In this document: piece by piece, positions 1 to 11,790 of the stretch | How the letters are laid out: every line of letters begins with the position of its first letter | Position numbering within the stretch: position 1 is the first letter of the stretch | NCBI RefSeq assembly: GCF_001194135.2 | Contig: NC_069006.1 | Location: 19,263,022 to 19,315,412 of the forward strand | DNA: 52,391 nt | DNA from: Octopus bimaculoides | Taxonomy: Eukaryota | Direction: 5' to 3' | The notes under the pieces: model-generated | The model's database searches: none | What the model was told of the DNA's origin: nothing | Seen by the model: only the letters and a program-made list of their open reading frames with translations | Translations under genes and position numbers: made by a program

Positions 1-298
1 TTCATAACCTGATCTAACAGCTTGATGCCTCTGTAATTATTTGTATCTAAAGCGTCCCCTTTACCTTTGTAGCAGTTGACTATGATGCTGCTACACCAGT
101 CATAGGGTATGACTCCTTCGTGTATCACCTGGTTCGTAATACGGGTGACTAGGCTATAGCCAACACTGCCAGATATTTTGAGCATCTCTGCAGTGATTCC
201 TGATGGGCCGGGGGCTTTCCCGGTCTTCATACTCTTAATTGCTTTATCTACCCTGGTACTATCAACTCGGATAGCTGGTCCCTCTATTGGGTCGACAT
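1..298 (-). mobile_element. RTE-clade LINE ORF2 fragment (N-terminal part of reverse transcriptase)
   Basis: Stop-free minus frame 296-3: ...KAIKSMKTGKAPGPSGITAEMLK...W CSSIIVNCYKGKGDALDTNNYRGIKLLDQVM, with the canonical KAPG.DG / KGKG.....NYRGI.L motifs. Continues off the left edge. Confidence 0.92.
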
Positions 299-479
299 AA
301 GGCAGGCTCTCTTTCTCCCATTCATTCTCTTTATTAAGCATATACATATAAACACAAATGAATGCGCACACACACACAAATGAATGCGCACACACACACA
401 CACACATACACATACACATACACATACACTTGACGCAGTATTACTCTCATGTATATACATAGATATATGGATATAGATT

Positions 480-516
<37 letters not shown>

Positions 517-1071
517 ACACAAATCATTCCTTTCCTGCCAGTCTTTTGTTGAATGAAGCCTTTTCTTCTTCTGTTCCACATAACAACAATACAACAGTTA
601 ATATTTCTCTGCCAATTGTCTTTGCAAATTCGACTCTCATTGGTCTCTTCCTTTGCCAATTCTAAATCTACTCCACCCAAATTTCAACAAAATGAAGGAT
701 TAAAAAATCAGCCCTCCTCCACCTCCATCACCACCCTCCCAATCCTGGCCCTAATCTCCTAACCTACCACCTCGTACCATCCCCTTCTTGGCCACCATTT
801 TTATTTATATACCATCTTAAGCACAGAGTTTGCTGTGTTCTCGCTCTCGCTGTCTTCCTCTTTTCCCATGTTTCTCTTCTTTTATTCCCATATGCACCCA
901 CACACAAATACAATATGCACATACACACATATGTATATCCATATACATATAAACACAAATGAATGCGCACACACACACACACACATACACATACACATAC
1001 ACATACACTTGACGCAGTATTACTCTCATGGGTGAAACATCAGCATAGTTTATAATAATAATAATATCAAT

Positions 1072-1442
1072 AACAAGAGCACTCAGAGATCGCAAACCTC
1101 CACCAAGGCAACACCAACGTCCTCTCAACGATTAGCCAGAGATGATTTTTAAAATGAAAATATCTGAAATAAACTCGACTTCTCTCACAAATGAGAATAC
1201 TAAAAATGAATTTGACCGCTCTCAAAAGTTAAGCTAGAAGACAGGAAAAATATTCCAGAATCTTTTTCTAGTACCGGATCGATCCCAAAATCTAATCAGT
1301 TCGTGCCAGTCATGAGGCCAAACATCCCTGAAAGTTTCATCTGAATCCAACCAGCAGTTCTTGAGATATCTTGTCCACAGACAAACATACAAACAGACAC
1401 GACTGAAAACAATACCTCAGCCTTCGCTAAGGTGGAGGTAAT
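1072..1442 (+). mobile_element. Non-autonomous Helentron-associated (HINE/DINE-like) element
   Basis: Subterminal inverted repeat acctccacc near both ends, a short ACAG/ACAA microsatellite and a 3' palindrome tacctc-agccttcgctaaggtg-gaggta (1413-1440). Class assignment is inference; Crypton-like is an alternative. Confidence 0.55.
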
Positions 1443-1904
1443 AATCCTTTAATAGGCACAATAGGCCTGAAACTTTGGGGGAGGGGTAGCCTAGTCGATT
1501 TCATCAACCTCAGAGTGTAACCGGTACTTATTTTATCAACCTTGAAAGGATGACATACCACTAAGCGTTTTGTCTGGCGTGGTAATGATTCTGCCAGCTC
1601 GTCACTCTGTGGTTTCAGAATTCGACAAGCCAACCGGTAGGAAACCCAAGGGTAGAGTAAAAATGACATGGTCTCAGTTGGTCATGCGTGGGAATCCAGC
1701 AGGAAAGTCTAATGAGGATTGCTTCTGATAGAACCCAATGGAAAAAGTGCCTGAGGACTCTATTCCCATGACCCTCCAAGAAATTGTGGGTAGAGAAGAT
1801 GGATTGATGGGTGATTTAAAAATAATCTAGCTCTTCAATTTTCTAGCTTCCATATAACAATTTTCAACATTAAGATATTCAGAAACATTGAGGTTTTCCT
1901 AATA

Positions 1905-2265
1905 TTTCTGGCACATGGTTCTGGGTTTAGTCCCCTTGTGTGACACCTTGGGCAAGTATCTTCTACCATAACCTTGGGCCAACTAAAGCCTTGTCAGTGT
2001 ATTTGGTAGACGGAAACCGAAATACGCCTGCTGTGTATGTATGTATGTGTGTGTGTGTGTGTGTGTGTATTTGTCCCCCACCACCGCTTAACAACCGGTG
2101 CTGATGTGTCTGTGTTCTCGTAACTTAGCAGTTCAGCAAAAGAGAACAATAGAATAAGTACCAGACTTGAGAAAACAATAAGTATTGGGGTTGATTCATT
2201 CAACTAAAACTTCTTCATAGTGGTGCCCCAGCATGGCCACACTCTAATGACTGAAACAAGTAAAA
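1905..2265 (+). mobile_element. tRNA-derived SINE family B (head, internal GT microsatellite, tail ending gactgaaacaagtaaaa)
   Basis: Same architecture recurs over 15 times in the window (e.g. 11420-11790, 19852-20255, 44808-45185), with a B-box-like ggttcagtcc and the core gcaccttgggcaagtgtcttctac. Confidence 0.8.
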
Positions 2266-2620
2266 CACACACACACACACACACACACATTAAATTTAGG
2301 TTAAGTCGTGAAAAAAATATCTATGCTATTTTTCTAATGACAATCAATTAAACCTTGTTGACTTAGATAAAGCAACAATTTTTGATAGATTTTTTTAGAA
2401 TACATTTTTATTTTAGATAATAAAAAAGAGTAATTATATTTACAATTTTATTGATCATATTCAGATTGTGCAATCAAAGTAACTCTACAGTGCAAACATT
2501 ACCTATACAACATACTTAATGTTTGTGTGTTATTTAAATGCCAAAAGCTGTGATTTTTGTTCAGGGAAAAATCCTTTTAAAGATGTTTTAAGTCAACCAA
2601 AGCCTTGTGAGTGGATGTCA

Positions 2621-2841
2621 TACAAAGAGGTGCTGAGAAGTTCCTGGCTTTGGGTAAAAGAAAATACAGGAGGATCAGTTAATTACGATTTTACACAATA
2701 TATTCCCTTCTCAGATTCACATACTTATTGCAGTGGTCCTTCAGTTTTTCTAAGCCCTGTAAAAAAACTCAGATGGTTGGGCCTTCAACCAGGCCTTTTG
2801 TAATACCCTTAAAACCAGGAACTTTTCAGCACCCCCTCATA
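2621..2841. mobile_element. Mariner/Tc1-type MITE inserted at a TA of a family-B SINE
   Basis: TIRs gaggtgctgagaagttcctgg / ccaggaacttttcagcaccccctc with TA at both ends. SINE sequence gtggat...ta|gatggaaattgaaagaagc resumes after the insert. Confidence 0.75.
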
Positions 2842-2981
2842 GATGGAAATTGAAAGAAGCACGTCATATACACGCACACACACATGCATCAACATCATCA
2901 TCATCTAGCATCCGTTTTCTATGCTGGCATGGGTTGGACGGTTTGACCAGAGTTGGTAAACTGGAGAGCTGCACCAGATTT

Positions 2982-3021
<40 letters not shown>

Positions 3022-3799
3022 TTTGTCTCTCACCACTGCTTGACAACTGGTGTTGGTTTGTTTACATCCCCATATCTTAATGGTTCAGCAAAAGAGACCA
3101 ATAAAACAAGTACTAGATTCCCCCCCCCCCCCAAAAAAAAATCAATAAATAAATATTGGGGTCAATTCATTCGACAAAAAATTCTTCATGGCAGTGTCCC
3201 AGCATGGTTGCAGTTTAATGACTGAGACAAACAAATGAATAAACAAATGGCTTTGTTGAAAAGAAGTGATTAATGGGGTCAGTAAAATGCTGCTTGGACA
3301 TGGGTCTGAGCTCGATCAACCTAAATCAGGTTGCCTAGAATGTGAGTGTACGTTGTAAAACCCAAAACTTCCAGTGGCCCCTAGGATACAACGCTAACAA
3401 TCTGTAGATCTACTTTAAACTGAATTGGAGTTCTAGTCTAAAAGATCAACAGCTTGTCAACTTTGTGTTTAAAAGAATCAGCAGAACTTTTAGATATGTC
3501 AATGAATTGACAATGGGATAATAAATGTTGACATTGCTGAAGGGTATAATAGTCTTTCTTATTTAGAATTGATTGAAAAAAAGCTAATTAGTACAGGTGT
3601 TGCAGGTGAATTATTCTGAATGAGCAAGACAAGCACATATCTCCTCTGTAGCAAGATACTTGTGCTTGTCCCTGTATTCTTGTCATACATTAGACTCTGA
3701 ACACCTGGCTTAAACTCACTTCCCCCTCTTAAATACTTTCAAAAGAGGAATGTCTTCCCTGTTCTTTTTCTGTCTTTTAACTTACTTACTGACCTCACA

Positions 3800-3976
3800 C
3801 TAGTGCGAGTGGCATGAAAAAACACCCAGTACACACTGTAAAGCAATTGGCATTAGGAAGGGCATAGAAACCATGCCAAAACTGACGTTGGAAAACATTG
3901 CAGCCCTTCAACCCATGCCAGCATGGAACACAGATGCTAAATGACAACAAAGAGAGTGACGATGATGATGATGATG
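3800..3976 (+). mobile_element. RTE-LINE-type 3' tail or tail-derived SINE ending in (GAT)n
   Basis: ggcattaggaagggcat...caacccatgccagcatgga...(gat)n recurs at 23990-24195, 27030-27150 and 29420-29800 (+), and at 2885-2980, 11110-11285, 20830-21030 and 36800-37110 (-). Confidence 0.7.
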
Positions 3977-4044
3977 TGTCAGGTGAATTACTGATTTAGT
4001 TGCAATGTTACTTGAGTAATAGGAACCAATTTAATCTAATTTTA

Positions 4045-4250
4045 AGGCGGCGAGCTGGCAGAATCGTTAGCACGCCGTGCAAAATTCTCAGCAGCATTGT
4101 GTCTGTCTTTACATTCTGAGTTCAAATTCCACTGAGGTTGACTTTGCCTTTCATCCTGTTGGGGTTAATAAAATAAATACCTACTGAGCCCTACTGTCAA
4201 TATATCAACTTATCCCACTTACCCGAACTTGCTGGTCTTGTCCCAAGATT
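4045..4250 (+). mobile_element. tRNA-derived SINE family A (Meta/Sauria-like central domain)
   Basis: Head aaggcggcgagctggcagaa, B-box gagttcaaattcc and core gcctttcatcctttcggggtcgataaa..agtacc; about 15 copies in the window on both strands. Confidence 0.8.
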
Positions 4251-4412
4251 TGAACCAATTTAATCTAATTTTGTCATGTTTGTCTGCATAACATTTCTTC
4301 AGATACTCTCTCCTGAAATGCTGGTCTTTCTTTTTCTCTGTGTATCTACAGATTTGTGTTTCAACTCTCAGAATAATATAGTGTGTTATTAAAAATAATA
4401 TAGTGTTAAACA

Positions 4413-4445
<33 letters not shown>

Positions 4446-4998
4446 NNNNNNNNNNNNNNNNNNNNNNNNNNNNNNNNNNNNNNNNNNNNNNNNNNNNNNN
4501 NNNNNNNNNNNNNNNNNNNNNNNNNNNNNNNNNNNNNNNNNNNNNNNNNNNNNNNNNNNNNNNNNNNNNNNNNNNNNNNNNNNNNNNNNNNNNNNNNNNN
4601 NNNNNNNNNNNNNNNNNNNNNNNNNNNNNNNNNNNNNNNNNNNNNNNNNNNNNNNNNNNNNNNNNNNNNNNNNNNNNNNNNNNNNNNNNNNNNNNNNNNN
4701 NNNNNNNNNNNNNNNNNNNNNNNNNNNNNNNNNNNNNNNNNNNNNNNNNNNNNNNNNNNNNNNNNNNNNNNNTTCCTGTCGGCCATGACACAATTACTGG
4801 GTGGGGAGCTTGTCTCCCCTTCACAAACTTAAGGACACAGTAATTGTGTCAAGGCCGACAGGAAGCGGTCCAGCTTCCTAGGGCTAAACAGCAGTAGTGT
4901 GTTCCCTTATTGGGATTGTCACATTAAGTTGACAATATACTTCAACTTTGTCGCTCCACTACTGCTTAAATCTCTCTGAGAGATTTAGAAATATTATA

Positions 4999-5045
<47 letters not shown>

Positions 5046-5439
5046 CTTGTGTGTGTATACAAATATGTATATAATTTTGTGTGTATGTATGTGTATACAT
5101 TTATATATGTATAATTTTGTATATCTATATATATATATATATGTATATATATCGCGTATTGTACTTATCTTCGAAACGTGGAGTAGATGAAACAGGGACA
5201 ACTGAAGAAGGGGTATACTCTTTATGTTGCATGTCTTATTTCTCTGTTTGTTTTTTTCGTTGTTCGAAAAAAAGTTTGTCTTCTATGTTTTCGTTTTTAT
5301 GTTTTTCATTTCTCATAGTGTTTAACGTTTTTTTAATGTCCTGTACCCATATATGCATGTATATATACATATATATATGTAGGTATGTACATATATGTAT
5401 GTGTATATGCATATATTTATATATCATTTATCTTATTAC

Positions 5440-5479
<40 letters not shown>

Positions 5480-6459
5480 NNNNNNNNNNNNNNNNNNNNN
5501 NNNNNNNNNNNNNNNNNNNNNNNNNNNNNNNNNNNNNNNNNNNNNNNNNNNNNNNNNNNNNNNNNNNNNNNNNNNNNNNNNNNNNNNNNNNNNNNNNNNN
5601 NNNNNNNNNNNNNNNNNNNNNNNNNNNNNNNNNNNNNNNNNNNNNNNNNNNNNNNNNNNNNNNNNNNNNNNNNNNNNNNNNNNNNNNNNNNNNNNNNNNN
5701 NNNNNNNNNNNNNNNNNNNNNNNNNNNNNNNNNNNNNNNNNNNNNNNNNNNNNNNNNNNNNNNNNNNNGTATGCATCTATTTATTTATTTATTAACTTGT
5801 TTATTAGTCAACCTGAGAGGCAGGTATTCATTAACCAATCAAATAACTTAACCTATTTCTCTTATGTACATTAGTTTTCATTGGTTTATTTTTAGCAGAA
5901 AAATTTCTGTATCTACTTTTGACCAGACAAGTATTTAATTTCTTTTCCATAACTACTCTTAAATATATATTTCCTATCTATTTTCACAAATCTTTCTTCA
6001 TATCAATTTATCCTGATTTACATACATTACATTTACAATAGTTGATCATGAATCTCTCATTAGTTTTGTTCATTAATTTCTTTTAATATAATATCCATTC
6101 ATTCATAATAGATTCTGTTAGATCCAAACATGAATTGAATCTGCCAGAACCTATTAAAAATTAACAGATACTTTATTGTTTATATTCTCACTGTTTTCTA
6201 TGCACCTAATAAATCCTAATGATATGTTTTCCAGTATTATCGCGCCCAAATCTTATTGACTATTTTGCTGTATAGGTGCAGGTGTGGTCATGTGGTAAGA
6301 AGTTTGCTTCTCATTCACATGGTTCTGGATTCAGTCCTACTGTGTGGCACTTTGGGCATGAGTTTTCTATAGACCAAGACTGATCAAAGCCTTGTGAATG
6401 GATTTAGTAGATGGAAACTGAAATATGCCCATCATAACTATATCTATATATATATATAC

Positions 6460-6496
<37 letters not shown>

Positions 6497-6499
<3 letters not shown>

Positions 6500-6830
6500 G
6501 AGATTATACAAAAAATAACAACAGACGAGGACAGGTGGTGTAAATAACAAAAGTATATATTAGTATGACGCTCGGGAATACGGAAAGTCTTTGACGTTTC
6601 GAGCTACGCTCTTCAACAGAAAGAATACGGAGACAAGGAGAAAAACACGGAGAAAAAAAATTGAATAGTGTTCAGTCAACGGTCAATCATAATAATGGCC
6701 GATCATAACAATGGCTGACTGACCGGAAGTTAGAAATTCTTATTTCAGGAGAGCTAAGAAAGGGGGAGATAACGAACGGTGATCGGGAACGAGGGGCTGT
6801 GTGTGGGAGGTAGACTGCTGGTGATCTTGA
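6497..6830 (-). mobile_element. Penelope-like element tail / pseudo-LTR fragment carrying a hammerhead-like motif
   Basis: CpG-containing non-AT segment ending in (AT)n that contains a minimal hammerhead fold at 6588-6624. PLE identity is inferred from that motif. Confidence 0.5.
6588..6624 (-). ncRNA. Minimal type-I hammerhead ribozyme-like motif (A6U variant)
   Basis: Minus strand reads UCUUU CUGUUGA A GAGC-gua-GCUC GAAA C GUC AAAGA: 5-bp stem I, 4-bp stem II, palindromic ACGU stem III, GUC triplet. Confidence 0.6.
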
Positions 6831-7004
6831 CGCACACACACACACACACACGTGCGTGTGTGTGTATGTGTGTGCCTTTATATTAGTGTTTATCCCCACC
6901 ACTGCCTGACAACCAGTTTTGGATTGTTTACATCCCTGTAACTTAACAGTTCAACAAAAAGAGATTGATAGAATAAGTACTGGAGTTGATTTGTTCAGTT
7001 AAAC

Positions 7005-7191
7005 CAGTGCTCTACAGCCTCTTTTTACTTGTGGTACACTTATATTCTTTTCAAAATTTGGTAGCACACCTGATCTAAAAATATAACTAAAAGTATAGGG
7101 AAAAAAATTATATTCAGATTACACTGCGGCACAATCTAGCATTGTCTTGTGGCACACCAGTGCGCCACGGCATATCAGTTGCAGAGCACTG
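7005..7191. mobile_element. hAT/Charlie-type MITE inserted in a family-B SINE tail
   Basis: TIRs cagtgctct / agagcactg with an imperfect 8-bp TSD, agttaaac / aactaaac. Confidence 0.7.
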
Positions 7192-7997
7192 AACTAAACC
7201 TGTCAAAGTGGTGCCCCAGCATGGCCACAGTCCAATGACTGAAACAAGTAAAAGATGAGAAATTCTGTTAATTTATCATGTACTGTCCTCCCATTCTTTA
7301 TTACTCTCTTGTCTGTTTCTCATCCTTTTTGCTATTCAATGTACCACACCTTTGTGTAATGAGAAATGATATTAGATTTATTTGCACTCAATATCTCCTA
7401 ACATCACCTTTCTTTATTGTCAGTCATTATTCTCTCCTGACATCTACAACTCTCTCTTACCATCATCTATCTTTATTGCTAGCTTTCAGCCCTACATCCT
7501 CTCTCACTTGTTACTTTCTCATTTATCACTCTTTATTGACCTAGAGCAGTACTCCGCAACTGGTATGCTGCAGCACACTAGTGTGCACACAAGACCATCC
7601 TAGATGTGCCACTGTGTAACCTGAATATAATTTTCCCCATCATACATTTTTCCCCTCTCTCCTCTCATCATCTGGCTAGATGGTTTTAACAGCATCCCAT
7701 GGATATGAGGAACTGCATCATTTTTACAGCTGCATATATGTTTTCTTATGCGAAACCACTTCACAAAGTGCACTGGATGCTCTTTCTCAGGCTACCATCA
7801 CTTATGATGCTGCTATGCGGCATGCAAGACTAAGATCCCTTTTGACTGAATGTAGCTATAGTAGCAAGGCAGGTGGCTAAGAAACTTGCTTGCCAGCCAC
7901 ATGGTTCCAGGTTCATTCCCACAGCACATAGCACTGTGGGCATGGCTCTTTATCAGAAAGAGAAGAGTGAGGAAAGGTCATATCTGTGTGTGTGTGT

Positions 7998-8320
7998 GAA
8001 GGTGCATGTCTTAGTGGTTAGGGTATTCAACTCATGGTTGTAAGGTTGTGAGTTCAAACAACTGGTGGCATGTTCTGCCCTTGAGCAAGACACTTTATTT
8101 CATGTTGCTCCAGTTCACTTTATTGGTAAAAATGAGTAGTACCTGTATTTCAAAGGGCCAGTCTTGTCATATCCTGTGTCATGCTGAACCTCCCTGAGAA
8201 CTACGTTAAGGGTTACACGTGTCTGTGGAGTGCTCAGCTACTTGCACATTAATTTCACGAGCTGGCTGTTCCATTGATCAGATCAACTGGAACCCTCATC
8301 GTCATAACCAATGGAGTGCC
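7998..8320 (+). mobile_element. tRNA-derived SINE family C
   Basis: A-box tagtggtta, B-box gagttcaa and core ccttgagcaagacactttatttca.gttgctccagt. Related copies at 18500-18735 (-), 27955-28190 (-), 33390-33725, 43700-43940 (-), 45310-45620 and 48475-48812. Confidence 0.8.
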
Positions 8321-8328
8321 TGTACCAG

Positions 8329-8565
8329 GGCATATGGCTTAGTGGTTAAGAGCGTGGGCTACTAACCCCAAGATTCCAAGTTCAATTCCAGGCAGTGACC
8401 TGAATAATAATAATAATAATAATAATATCAACATTGAAAAATACCTTAGAAATGAGGACCCAGGTTTGAAATTTCCCCAAAACACCTGATGAAGGCTGGA
8501 GAGTATATCAGCTGAGACATTGTGTTAACAATAAACAAGATGAGGACAAATATCTGTGAAATGAA
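8329..8565 (+). mobile_element. tRNA-headed SINE family E with (AAT)n linker and hammerhead-containing tail
   Basis: A-box tggcttagtgg, B-box gttcaattcc, (aat)n, then aacac-ctgatga-a-ggctg...cagct-gaga-catt-gtgtt. Two more copies at 16369-16800. Confidence 0.75.
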
Positions 8566-11053
8566 AAAAGCTTGTCGTATATATATGTGTGTGTGTGTGT
8601 GTGTCTGTTTGTCCCCTACCCCACTATCACTTGATTGATGTTGATGTGTTTACATCCCCGTAACTTAGCGGTTTGGCAAAAGAGACCAGTAGTATAAGTA
8701 CTAGACTTACAAAGAATAACTCCTTGGCTCAATTTGTTTGACTAAAGGTGGTGCTCCAGCATGGCGACAGTCAAATGATTGAAACAAATAAAAGAATAAA
8801 AGAAACAGTGCCTAGCATGGCTGCAGTCTAAGGATTGAAATTAGTTAAAAGATAAAAGATAACTCATTAGAGACCAAACTATGAAAGAAGGCAGCAGAAC
8901 AGGTTTCTTGGTGCAGCGAAGCTGTATGGCAACTTGCATTCTGGAGGAGTGGGTGTACGAGTAACCTGGATGGAGTTGAATGAGAGAGATAAAATAGTAG
9001 TGACGAGGCATTTGGGTGGACCTGCAGGCTACGAAAAAAAAGAAGGTGAATAGTAGTGAGTGGGGACAGAACAGATTTACAGGGCAGTGTGAATGGGTAG
9101 AAGTTGCAAGAGGGCATAGGGAAAAAGAGTGAAATGAGAAATGGTTAGAGATGGGGGTATGCAGCCAGAGTTTGTGGGGAGAACATAATGAATTCCTCTT
9201 TTTTTTAACCCATAGGTGTTTTGCTTTACAGCACTATCATCATCATCATAATCTTCATCTTCATCATCATACGTGCATTTTTCCATGCCTGTGTAGGGGC
9301 AGTACTTTTGGGTTTGTTGTAGGCAATATGGGGGGGGGNNNNNNNNNNNNNNNNNNNNNNNNNNNNNNNNNNNNNNNNNNNNNNNNNNNNNNNNNNNNNN
9401 NNNNNNNNNNNNNNNNNNNNNNNNNNNNNNNNNNNNNNNNNNNNNNNNNNNNNNNNNNNNNNNNNNNNNNNNNNNNNNNNNNNNNNNNNNNNNNNNNNNN
9501 NNNNNNNNNNNNNNNNNNNNNNNNNNNNNNNNNNNNNNNNNNNNNNNNNNNNNNNNNNNNNNNNNNNNNNGGACAATGTAATCAACTTGTCCCCTCTCCT
9601 AAAATTACTAGCCTTGTACCAATATTTAAAAGCAATATAATGAATATGACAGAATCGTTAGCACTCCAGACAAAATGTGTTGTAGCATTTCGTCTGGCTT
9701 TACATTTTAAGTTCAAATTTAACCAAAGTCGGCTTTGCCTTTCATCCTTTCCAGGGTCAATAAAATAAACACCAGTTTAACACTGAGGTCAGTGTTTCAA
9801 AATCGAAAATTTAGCCTTGTGGGAAAAGTGGAAACCAATACAATAAATATCGTAGAATCTTTAGCATGCCAGGCAAAATGCTTAGCGGCATTTCAGCCAT
9901 CACTACATTTTGAGTTCGAATTCCGCCAAGGTTAACGTTGCCTTTCATCTTTTCAGGGTCGATAAAATAAGTACCAGTTGAACACTGGGGTAGATGTAAT
10001 CAACCTACCACTCTCACACACACACACTAAAATTGCTAGTCTTATGGCAACGTTTGAAGCCAATGTAATAAATATACAATACAATAAAAACTTCAAAATC
10101 GAGGTTATTGTTGGAGGAGTAGAGAGAGGTAACATTACGTCTATGAGCTCATGGCAGAAACATGTTTATCAGTGAATCATAATCAATTTAAATAAATTTC
10201 TTTGTATGTACAAGTTGCAGAAGGTTCTCATGTATACACACAATGCATGCATATTTCTATCTTGACAAATTACAAGTGTAGTAGTGAATTATGTACATAT
10301 ATATATGTCCCTTGTGTAACATGTGAGATAATCTGTATTGTGTAAGTAATATATATATAAACATTCTAAGCGCTGTTGCGCTGAAGATTGTTTGGGATTA
10401 AAAATAAGGCAAATCTAGGTTAATGACGTGTGATTAGTTGCTGGATTATCATTCCTTTTGGTTCTTATTGCGATAGTTTTCAAAGTATGTTTATTTGTCT
10501 GTGTCTTTATATGTGTGTATGTCTGGCTCTGTGTGTGTGTGTGTGTGTGTGTGGATCCCTGTGAATGTTTGTCTGTGTCTTGGTTTTAACTACTAAAGAT
10601 TTTCACATTAATATATCTGCAATGAATATCAACTCATAAGTCATTGTATTGGTTGTCTGCTGTCATCTTTCTTTCACTATGCCCGCGCGCACGCACACAC
10701 ACACACACAAACAGAGTCTTGTTTTTGTCTCATATTGCACCAGTGTTCTTCAAATTTAAAACTATTCCAAAGCAATAGGTTAGTGCTTCCTGTTCAAGGG
10801 AGACAACTCTTTCGGTCTGGCGCTAGCTTTCTGTGAATATCTGCATTTATTTTAAAATGTGCAATAGTACGATGCAAATTTTGGCATTACACACTAGCGC
10901 AGACATGTAAGATAATCCATTTTACACTAATATAAATTTTCTTTGCATGACGTTGACTGCGAAACGGCCGTCACCCTGTGGATATCAACTGTTGAAATAA
11001 ATGTATTCATCCCATACTTTGTGACTTTCTTTATACTCTGTATATGTATTTGT

Positions 11054-11118
<65 letters not shown>

Positions 11119-11419
11119 CATCATCGTTTTTTAACTCCATGTTCCACACTGACATGGGCTGGACGGTTTGACAGGATCCAATGTATCCAGAGACTGCATC
11201 AAGCTCCAACCTTTACTTTGACATAGTTTTTACAACAGGATGCCCTTCCTAACTCCAACCACTTTACAATGTGGAATGTATATACTCTTTACTCTTTTAC
11301 TTGTTTCAGTCATTTGACTGCGGCCATGCTGGAGCACCGCTTTTAGTCGAGCAAATCGACCCCAGGACTTATTCTTTGTAAGCCTAGTACTTATTCTATC
11401 AGTCTCTTTTTGACAAACT

Positions 11420-11790
11420 GCTAAGTCCCACTGCATGGCACCTTGGGCAGGTGTCTTCTACTATAGCCTTGGGCCGATCAAAGCCTTGTGAGTGGATTTG
11501 GTTGTCAGAAACTGAAAGAAGCCTGTCGTATATATATGTATATATATATATATATATATTTATATATTTATGTATGTGTGTTTGTGTGTCTGTGTTTGTC
11601 CCCCCAATATCGCTTGACAACCGATGGTGGTGTGTTTACGTCCCCCGTCACCTAGCAGTTCAGCAAAAAGAGACCGATAGAATAAGTACTAGTCTTACAA
11701 AGAATAAGTCCTGAGATCGATTTGCTCGACTAAAGGTGGTGCTCCAGCATGGCTGCAGTCAAATGACTGAAACAAGTAAAAGAGTAGAGA
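11420..11790 (+). mobile_element. Well-preserved SINE family B copy lacking the 5'-most head, abutting an inverted tail fragment (11285-11410)
   Basis: Close to the in-window consensus, with CpGs largely retained. Confidence 0.85.

Noticed and set aside
2519-2803. 94-aa ORF as a possible upstream hillarin exon
   Set aside because: It is made of a SINE B fragment plus the mariner-type MITE.
5165-5215. cgaaacgtg...ctgaagaagggg resembling a permuted (type II) hammerhead
   Set aside because: The triplet would be GUG (non-cleavable) and no stem I can form. It may still be a decayed Penelope-type tail.
8329-8400. tRNA-like heads of the SINEs as tRNA genes
   Set aside because: A/B boxes are present, but there is no complete cloverleaf or acceptor stem, and each continues into SINE body sequence.
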